Origin: Octopus vulgaris
Taxonomy: Eukaryota
Direction of reading: 5' to 3'
Assembly (NCBI GenBank): GCA_951406725.2
Contig: OX597822.1
Span: 33,542,001 to 33,606,000, forward strand
Length of the DNA: 64,000 nt
In this document: one piece after another, positions 53,791-64,000 of the stretch
Layout: each line of letters starts with the position of its first letter
Position numbering within the stretch: position 1 is the first letter of the stretch
Made by a program: the position numbers and the translations under genes
The notes under the pieces: model-generated
Database searches by the model: none
Seen by the model: only the letters and a program-made list of their open reading frames with translations
What the model was told of the DNA's origin: nothing

Positions 53791-56234
53791 ATATATATAT
53801 ATACAGAGAGGGAAAGAGAGAAGTGGGCTACTTTTCAGTTTTCATTTACCATATTCACTCACAAGACCTCAGTCAGCCTGGGGCTATAGTGGCAGACACT
53901 TGCCCAAGTGACACACAGTAGGATTGAACCCAAAAGCATATAATTGCAAAGTGAGCTTCTAAATCAGACAGCCTTGCCAACACTTAGGCATGGTTTGCAG
54001 GAGACTTAGCTGCTCTTTTTAGCAGGTCGAGTGACTCTGCATGGAGATTGCCTAGTAAGCATTGACAGCAGATGATTAACAAAGATGAAATCAAGAAATA
54101 GCAAGGAATAATTTTCCTCCAAGATAGTATACAGTGAAATAACAAGAGATTATTAATCCATAAATTCCATCTTCTCAGTCATTATAATGGCTTCTATTCA
54201 TTTATACAACATTTTGATTAGTCAAAATCACTGATCACCTCCAAATTAGTTCGCAATTACATATTTCTAAAGAATTACAATAACAGAAAAGATGAGCTTT
54301 TATAATCACCGTAATTGTACTTTGCCTCAATGATACTTCATCTCAGATACACTGAAGTGTTCTTTGAAGATATGCAAGTGGCAACTGACCAAAATAATGG
54401 CCAAAAGATGCCAAATAACTAGCCAAAAGGTCAGTGACTTATATTCTATCATCAGTATTGCCTGTGTTGGTGAATAGCATACTTAATGAAAAAGGATCCT
54501 ATTAGCTGACCTCACTGTAAATAGTAACCTTCTGGTTGGCATATCTCACCACTGTAACTAGCACCTACACAGTAAAACTAGTGGTGTAAGCATAACTGAA
54601 ATTTTATGAAGTTTGCTCCAAAACTACAAGTTTCCAGGTTCAATACCACTGCACAGCACCTTGAGCTAATGTGGTCTGACACAGTCATTGGTCAATCAAA
54701 GCCATGGAAGTTAAATTTGGATGGAAACTGTGTCAAAGCCTGGTCAGGAAGATCGTTCCTGTTCATCGGTGCTAGGCTTAATCCATCATCTTTGGTTCTA
54801 AAACCACCACCTGGCGCTGGGGTGTCTTGTTGCAAACATTGACACCAGGTCTCCAGTCTGAGGATTACTTTTATTTTGCTTCCAATAGTCTTGAAGGTCA
54901 TCATCACCATCATCATCATCATCACCATCACCATCACCATCACCATCACCATCACCATCACCATCACCATCACCATCACCATCATCATCATCATCATCAT
55001 CATCATTTAAGATCCACTGTCCATGCTAGGATACAGTGGATGTTTTGATAGGATGTAACTCGACGGACAACTGGGTAGAGGAGCTCCAACATCTACTTTG
55101 ATGTAGTTTCTTTGACAGGATGTCTTACTTGACAGCAAACACTTCACAGAATGTACGAGGAGCTTTTAGTATGGCACCAGCACCAGTGAAGTCGCCAGGT
55201 AACTCACAAAATTAAAACGCCCCCTCAGGTGAGTGGGAGTATAGCTGAGAGTGAGCCAGCTTTATGGTAGGTGTTACGAGGCTTAAAATATGATATGATA
55301 GACAGATTTCTTGTTGTTGAGATGATACAGTAAATTACTGTTCAGAGAATTTTCTGTACACACATATATATATATAGTTATGTAAGTAAAACTACATAAT
55401 CTATTAACGATGAAACAATTGTATGGAGTTAATCTATTCTTTCGTTATTTTTCATTTGTCCTGCTCACTTACATTCTTGGCGTGTTGAATTAATTTTTGA
55501 GAACAATTTTTTAGTGGCAGATTCCCTTTGCGGATCTATTTCTAGCGTTAGAGTGACCACATGGTGGACTCTCTCTTATTATTTGTGTATATATATATAT
55601 ATATTGATAGAAATGGCAAGAAAACAAAAGAATGAAAGAGACCTCGATATTATGTAAATAGAGGAATTTATCTGTAGATATAATATGTGACAATTATTCA
55701 GTAGCCTTGATAAAACGCCACCATCTCTTCAGTTATCTGGCCACTGAAGAGATGGCAGCGTGGGTTTCTGCCCTGACATCCGAAACTCGGAGTTTTATCA
55801 TGGTCACTGAATAATTGTCACATATTATATTTTCAGATATATATATGCAATACATATTCGGTACATATATATACATAGGCGCAGGAGTGTCAGTGTAATA
55901 AATAGCTTGCACACACACACACACAAACAAACGATGGACTCCTCTCAGTTTCTGTCTACCGAAACCACTTTTTCCTATAGCCCAAAGTTCTAGTAGAAGA
56001 CTTAAGAAGCAAGCCCCCCACCATGTAGTCACACCTGCACCACTTCTACATGAAGAGGAGTGATAGTGACTTTGAAGTTTTGGCCTGCTAGCATTTGTTC
56101 ATCTCCAACAAATGCTAGCAAGCCAAAAATTTCAAAGTCACAGTTATCAAACCTCCAGCAAAAGTATAATGAATATATATACTCAATTAAAAGCACAGAG
56201 TAATTTTTCAGTTTAATATTAAATTGTTGTTGTA

Positions 56235-56857
56235 AGGTGGTGAGCTGGCAGAAACGTTAGCACGCCGGGCGAAATGCTTAGCAGTATTTCATCTGCTACT
56301 ACATTCTGAGTTCAAATTCTGCCGAGGTCGACTTTGCCTTTCATCCTTTCGGGGTCAATTAAATAAGCACCAGTTACACACTGGGGTTGATATAATCGGC
56401 TTAGTCCGTTTGTCTGTCCTTGTTTGTCCTCTTTGTGTTTAGCCCCTTGTAGGTAGTAAAGAAATAGGTATTTTGTCTGTCTTTATGTTCTGAGTTCTAA
56501 TTCTACCAAGGTCGACTTTGCCTTTTATTCTTTTGGATGTTGATAAATTAAGTACCAGTTGCATACTGGGGTCGATCTAATTGACCAGTCTCCCTCCCCA
56601 AAAATTTTGGACCTTATGCCTAGAGTAGAAAAATATATTTCCTCCAGCACAAAGGTGGCGAGCTGGCAGAAATGTTAGCATGCTGGGCAAAATGCTTAGC
56701 AGTATTTCATCTGTCTTTAGGTTCTGAGTTCAAATTCCACTGAGGTCAATTTTGCCCTTCATCCTTTGAGGATCGATAAATTAAGTACCAGTTGTGTACT
56801 GCACCCCACCCCCACCTCGCCAAAAATTTTGGACCTTATGCCTAGTGTAGAAAAGAA
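56235..56857 (+). mobile_element. SINE family B/A dimer plus A monomer
   Basis: Junction GAAATA|GGTATT at 56467. Confidence 0.8.
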
Positions 56858-57808
56858 CATTAAATTGTTTTTATATACAGTATAACCTGTCATACAAATA
56901 TTAATATAAATATCTATTTTATCTTTTACTCGTTTCAGTCATTGGACAGCATCCTTGCTGGAGTTCTGTTATGAAGGGTTTAGCCAAAACAATCAAACGC
57001 AATATTTTTTTTTTTAATCCTGGTTCTTATTCTATCAGTCTCTTGTTGAACTGCTAAGTTATGAGGATGTAAACAAGCTAACACTGGTTGTCACATACTG
57101 GTGGAAGACAAACACAGAGACTAACACACACACACATATGTATAGAACAGGCTTCTTTCAGTTTTACATCTATGAAATCCACTCACAAGGCTTTGGTTGG
57201 CCTGAGGGTATGACAGAAGGTGCCCACACCGCCATACCGACACCTAAAGAGTGTTCTGTATTCTTATTTAATACAATGAAGTGTGAGTCATGAAAACTGA
57301 CTGCTATTTCTAGCAAATTGAACAGCCACATAAAGGATCCTGCTTATTTTCGTCTTTTTTTTTTCATTTTCATGGTATGGTGAACTGGTATTACGTATGG
57401 GAAGGTAGTGTTATACTAAGATGATGGTATGATAGTGAGGGTGCGGTAAGGTGAGACGTTCTCAATAAGGTTGAGGCAGCAGACAGGTAAGACCAGGTGA
57501 GCATGGTGATGGTGGTGGTATTGGTGGGGGTTGGTGGTGGGGAGTTAACAGATGAAAGCTGAGTATGTAGCAATTATCACCAAAATCAATAAATAGGTGA
57601 AGAAAGTGAAGGGGGAGGGAAAGATGAGGAAGGGGAGGAGTAGGGGATGATGTGAAGGTAGGAGTGGAGAGGAAGGCGTCGGCATACAGGTTGTTTTGGA
57701 AGTTAATAAAAAAAGAGCAAAAAGGGGAGGAACAGTATTGGAGAGGGGACAGTAGTGGTGAGAGGGTGAGTCGAATGAAGTCTGGAAACAGAGTGAGGTT
57801 ATCTCTCC

Positions 57809-57851
<43 letters not shown>

Positions 57852-58134
57852 GGTATATATAATGCCTATGTATACATGTATATGCATACATACATATGTA
57901 TACACATACACACATATATATATATATATACACACACAAGCACACACTCACTCCATCTCTCACTCTCTTTCTCTCTCACTCTCTTTCTCACTCTCTCAGT
58001 CTCCCTCTCACTCTCTCTCTCTCTCACTCTCACTCTCTCTCTCTCAGTATACACACACACACACACACATAGAGAGACAGACAGACAGACAGGACAGATA
58101 GAAAGACAGATTAAATTCATACATAAATACATAA

Positions 58135-58425
<291 letters not shown>

Positions 58426-59124
58426 ACATGAAACCACCATCATCAACAATTTGTGCGTGTAGCTAGGATAAGGTGTGTCATGTTAGCAAAAACTTTGATT
58501 TTGAGGATAGTGAGAAGTTTCTCAGAGGTGTGTGCACACATGCACATGTGTGTGCATGTTCGCACATGCGTGTATGTGCATGCATATGTGTGTGGGGGGG
58601 AGGGTATAAATGGTGTTTTTCACACACCTTTGTGACCGACCGCATTCTTCTTTGCATGTCAGCTACTGCCTTCCGTTTTCACTAAACCTGCCCCTTGACC
58701 CTACCCTCCACCACCATACACACACACCCCTACCACCTTCGACTCCTTTCTTCACCTTCCCTGCTTTCCTTATTTCTTTCCTCCCTTACTTTCTAATTCC
58801 CTCTGCAGTGGTGTTTCTATAGGAGTAGAAGGAAGAGTATACAGGAGCAGAACAACTGTGGGGGAAAGGGGTTAATAGTGATACTAAATCATTATTTTAG
58901 TATGTTTTATTTTTTATTTTTATTATATATATATATTTTTTTTTTGCATGGCTACAGTGTGTCTGCCAGCTGTAGGTATTGATCCACAATCAGTTGGCTT
59001 GAAGTATTTTCAGGGGTTTGTTTTTCTTTTTTTGAAGGGGTGTCTTTTGATATAGGAGTGGGGGTGGGTATTACCTTTTACTCAGTATGTATTGTTTTAA
59101 TATAACACGCACATACACACACGC

Positions 59125-59159
<35 letters not shown>

Positions 59160-59380
59160 TACACATGCACACAGGGCATGCTGGGCAAAATGCTTCATGG
59201 CATTCCATCCATTTTTATGTTCAGAGTTCAAATTCTACCCAGGTCCACTTTGCCTTTCATCTTTTTGGGGTTGATATACTAAGTACCAGTCAAGCACTGG
59301 GGTTGATATACTTGAATTAACCCCACTGCCCCGAACTTCCTGGCCCTGTGCCAAAATCTGAAACCAATATAACACATACA

Positions 59381-59418
<38 letters not shown>

Positions 59419-60648
59419 TACATACACACACATACACACACACATACACACACACATACACACACACATATGCAATCACAAATATGTATATGTGTATGTG
59501 TGAGTGTGTTTATGTGTGTGAGGGGACATGGCCAAGTGAAGTTGGGCCTACTACCAGAAGGTCATTGGGTTCAATACCAGGAGAAGGCAATTTCATGTTG
59601 TTTCTTTCTGCTTGACTAAAAATGAGTACTAGTGACATATGAGTGAAGGGTTCAATACTTGGATGGACTGGCATCCCATTCAGAGGGCAGTCATGTGCAC
59701 TCACTTTGGTTAAGCACTATGCAAACTGGGGTAACCTCCAGTTTAGTAGGCCAGTAGACAAGACTAATTTTTTTTAATGCACACACACACACACACACAC
59801 AACCACACACCACCACCACCTACCCCCCACCACCAGTATCATCATCACCATCACCATCATCATCATCATCGTCATCATCATTTATTATTCATGTTCCACA
59901 CAGGCATGTGTAGGATGGTTTGACAAGATCTGATGGGCCCAAGGACTGCAGTGTCTGCTTTGGAACTGTTTCTATAGTTTGATACTGTTCATAGCAACAA
60001 CCACTATAGAGCATGTAATGGATGCTTTTTTCGATAGCACCAGCACTAGTAAGTCCATCACGAAGTTTGCCAGCCCACAAGTGCCCTGAGGGTACAGTTC
60101 TACGAGATTACAAGCAAGAGATGGACAAAAGTATGACAGAATGTGACAGAAGGGAACATTTATGTCTACATGCATGTACACACACGTACACACACACATA
60201 CATACACACATGTGAAGATCATTAACTAAAATTGATTTGATCTCCCAAAAGCTAAATTCTACAGACCTGCCTCGCCAACATACACTTCAAATATGATTTC
60301 CACTGGAGCCCCCACAACCACCTCAAGCTCCATCGCAACAACAACTACAATAACAGCAATGTTCCAATGCAACCATCACTGCAACTACCATTACCACTGG
60401 CGCCATCGTGACAACCACTGCCAATCTACACGTCCCTGTCTCCACCCCCATGTATCAAGTAATCTTCACCCATTATCTTAGACAGAGAGTGGGGAATGGG
60501 TTGTTGCTAAGATTGCTTTAATAAACCTTACTATAAATCATACAATATATTGATAATGATACATATATATACATACAAATATATATATATATATATACAC
60601 GCACACACACACATATATATATATATACATATATATATATACATACAT

Positions 60649-60723
<75 letters not shown>

Positions 60724-60731
60724 TACATATA

Positions 60732-62015
60732 CAGGGTGGGGAAGCAAAATTTACAATGAACGTTTTGTTCTTTCTCAGGAGGCACTAAATCAATTATTTT
60801 GAAACCTAGCATGTATTGATGTCATACTCATACCTAACACTATTATACTTACCTTTTCAGAAACATTTGCCCATATGAGAAATCAGGAAAGCAAAAGTCA
60901 AAGAGTGTGTGATTTTCTGAATGCACTCGTCACACCAAAGGAGATTTCCAAAAATAGTTGGAGTGTCCATAAAGACTATTTATAACGTAAAGAATAGAAT
61001 GACTATGAGCAAAACTATTACGAGTAAGTCTGGAAGTTGTGGTATCAACAAAAAACATACCAAAGCTTTTATTAAAGCTCTCAAATCCAAACTCCTAAAG
61101 GATCCAACCAAATCCATGTGAAAAATGGCAATTGAACTTGAGGTAGACAACACGACCATTAGAAATGCTGTAAAATATGATTTTAGGTTAAAATCTTACA
61201 CAAGAACACCAAAACACTTGTTGACAACAGCTATGAAGGAAAAGAGATTGGAAAGGTGCAAGAAAATTATTATATGGTTCAAGAACAATCTTTTTGCAAC
61301 GATCTTTACAGATGAAAAGATCTTTACTGTTGATGCTGTTCTGAACAGCAGAAATGACAGATTTATCGCAAACTCAACAGCTGAGGTTAAGGGGACATTC
61401 AAAACAAAAGATCCTGCTCAAGTTATGGCTTTTGGTGTTGTGGCTTCCGATAGAAAGAAAATGCCAATAAAATTCTACAAAGCTGATGAAAAGATCAATG
61501 TTAATACTTACTACAAGACTCTGAGATACCAGGTATTGCCATGGATTAAAGCAAACTACGCAGATGGTAATTATGTATGGACACAGGATGGTGCTCCAGC
61601 CCACACAGCTAGAAAAATACAAGATTTCTGCAAATCCAACTTTAGCAATTTTTTGGAATCATGTTTATGGCCGCCTTCTAGCCCAGATCTAAACGCACTG
61701 GATTATGCTATTTGGGGCGTTTTATAACATGCTACCAATAGAATATCAGATAGCAATGTCGTCTTCCTTAAATATACTATTAAAGAAGAATGGGAGAAGT
61801 TGTCTCCCGAATATTTGAGCAACGCCTGTGCAAGTTTCAGGAAGAGTGTGAAGGCAGTTATTGAGAAAGAAGGAGGATACATAGTATAAAAATATTTTCT
61901 ATTATGTAAATTGTCTTGTGGCAATAAATTCTCATGACTTTCAATAAACAAATTGGTCATACACTGTCTTTCAATCCCTGCCTCAAAATATTGTAAATTT
62001 TGCTTCCCCACCCTG
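60732..62015 (+). mobile_element. Full-length Tc1/mariner DNA transposon, DD37D (maT) family, in a (TA)n tract
   Basis: Perfect 26-bp TIRs CAGGGTGGGGAAGCAAAATTTACAAT (60732-60757; reverse complement 61990-62015), TA on both sides, 1284 bp, internal transposase. Confidence 0.95.
60875..61889 (+). pseudogene. DD37D transposase pseudogene
   Basis: ATG 60875 (MRNQESKSQRVCDFL), one frameshift near 60950, in-frame TGA 61119-61121 and TAA 61725-61727, natural end ..KEGGYIV* at 61889; motifs IFTDEKIF, WTQDGAPAH, WPPSSPDLNALDY with 37 residues between the 2nd and 3rd Asp. Confidence 0.92.
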
Positions 62016-62050
<35 letters not shown>

Positions 62051-62194
62051 TATATACATATATATATATACATATATCTATATTTATACATATATATATA
62101 TATATATATATATGTGAGCATATATATACCTATATATACATATATATATACACACACACATAGACAAGTACATATATATCATTATTCTCTTATT

Positions 62195-62413
62195 CTTTTA
62201 TTTGTTTTAGTCATTTGACTGCGGCCATGCTGAAGCACCGCCTTTAGTCGAACAAATCAACCCTAGATCTTATTCTTTTTAAGCCAAGTACTTATTCTCT
62301 TGGCCTCTTTTGCCAAACCGCTAAGTTACAGGGATGTAAACACACCAGCACCAGTTGTCAAGTGATTTTGAGGGGCAAACACAGACACGAATACAGACAC
62401 ACACAAACACACA

Positions 62414-62452
<39 letters not shown>

Positions 62453-62620
62453 ACACACACACACACATATATACGACGGGCTTCTTTCAGTTTCCATTTA
62501 CCAAATCCATTCACAAGGCTTTGGTCAGCCCAAGGCTATAGTAGAAGACACTTGCCCAAGATGCCACACAGTGGGACTGAACCCAGAACCTATTGTTTGG
62601 GAAGGAAGCTTTTTAACAAA
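62195..62620 (-). mobile_element. SINE family D
   Basis: Same consensus. Confidence 0.8.
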
Positions 62621-62769
62621 CGTCTCACTTGCACGCCACATCATACGCTCCTTATGTCCAACATAACTTTAGCTAATTGGGTGAGTCATAAGGGCATTGA
62701 ACAAAAAGCCATGTGGTATTCCTTTTGGCCACCATTGCTATGACTTCGATTTTTACCTTTCCATCCCCT

Positions 62770-63090
62770 TTAACCATCATCTGGTCAAGCTTGCTCAGAC
62801 ATTTTTAACCCACATATGTCATCCATCTTGCTCCTGCATCAGTTGAAGGAGATTTTCAGGGTGGCATCTTGTGGTGAGTTGATCTATATATGTTGTGTTC
62901 CAATGACCAGCTCAAGTACGGCCATGCTTTGGCATCCATGGCAGCAGATCACTTGCCAGCTCTTGTTTAGCTCACCCCGCAATGTCCTGCAAAGTGCAAT
63001 GCACCTTTCCCTTATAATGGTGGAAACAGGCAGGAGATCTCCATACAGCTGTTTCTTGGTGGTCTGAGTTCTCCAAAATATGTTTAAGCA
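62770..63090 (-). mobile_element. RTE-like LINE 3' remnant
   Basis: LNIFWRTQTTKKQLYGDLLPVSTIIRER / FAGHC / AKQELASDLLPWMPKHG / TYIDQL across frameshifts. Confidence 0.7.
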
Positions 63091-63189
63091 GAAATACCAC
63101 CAGCATTGGAAAGCAGGACGGTAGTAGGGAATGAAACGCAAAATATTAAGAAAATACTTTGGATTTCTTTCCCCACTTCGCTCTCCCCA

Positions 63190-63285
63190 TGGAGTGGTTG
63201 ACGACACTCATGGAGTGGTTGACTATACTCACAGAGTGGTTTACTACACTCACAGAGTGGTTCACTACACTCACGGAGTGGTTGG
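63190..63285. repeat. 21-bp tandem repeat (GAGTGGTTnACTACACTCACA) x4-5 inside a repeat element
   Basis: Direct inspection; gives SVVNHSV peptide repeats in ORF track. Confidence 0.85.
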
Positions 63286-63405
63286 CATTAGGAAGGGCAT
63301 CCAGCTGTAGAAACACTGCCAGATCAGACTGGAGCCTGGTGCAGCCTCCTGGCTTCCCAGATCCCGGTCGAACCGTCCAACCCATGCTAGCAGGAAAACA
63401 GACAT

Positions 63406-63436
<31 letters not shown>

Positions 63437-63611
63437 CTCCACTGAACAATCAGTCTTCAGTCTTGGTCTGGGAAACCAATCAGTTTGACTGACACTGCAA
63501 TCGTTTATAGGACCTGCAGCCATAGACAAGAAATTAGCAATCGAAAGACATTCCATAACTTCCTTCCCTATAGTGATTGATAAACAATGCATCTGTCTCC
63601 CTCTCTCCCTC

Positions 63612-63644
<33 letters not shown>

Positions 63645-64000
63645 GGAAAAATCAGCTGCATTAGACTTAAGCGAAGATGATCTAACCACATTTAGATGCC
63701 TAGAACATACTGTATGTCTCTCCTAAGTTATGTGCTGCGTACATAATTAATTAGATTAAACAAATGATTTAATTATATATCCACAATGCAACACCCTAGG
63801 CTCAGATGTATGTAAATATTGTTATATATCAATATATTTGATCTTTTAAGTGAAACCAAGGAAACTACAGTGTCATTGATTTTTCAAATTGCTGACAATG
63901 TCCGTTAGTCAAAACTCCTGACAGCACAGTCACCATCTTTCTGGTGACGGGGTAGGAGTTGAACTCAGAATGCACACAAGCCAAAATATTACCAGCCGAA

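Overview
AT-rich, repeat-saturated animal genomic DNA. The tRNA-derived SINE families and the dense (TA)n/(CA)n/(TACA)n/(TAGA)n/(AAT)n microsatellites strongly suggest an octopus (coleoid cephalopod) genome; this is an inference from repeat style. Almost every ORF in the supplied track is a translation of microsatellite or SINE sequence. The only clearly recognisable protein-coding sequences are transposon-derived: a full-length but pseudogenised DD37D (maT) Tc1/mariner element (60732-62015), a fragment of a second maT family, and 3' remnants of RTE-, CR1- and R4-like LINEs. Non-autonomous DNA elements with readable TIRs/TSDs are also present (piggyBac-, hAT-, Helitron- and Merlin/MULE-like). 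The least-annotated signals are: (i) about nine minimal type-I hammerhead-ribozyme motifs in short Penelope-like/retrozyme-like inserts, including a TSD-flanked tRNA-head + hammerhead hybrid (34655-35169) and a circularly permuted 364-nt unit with a U3:A8 compensated core (41701-42412); (ii) a SINE subfamily that repeatedly joins into related SINEs at the same nucleotide, building 184-bp head-less arrays; (iii) weak traces of a host gene or genes on the minus strand (candidate exons, a candidate recursive splice site, CpG-decay domains). No host gene could be named.
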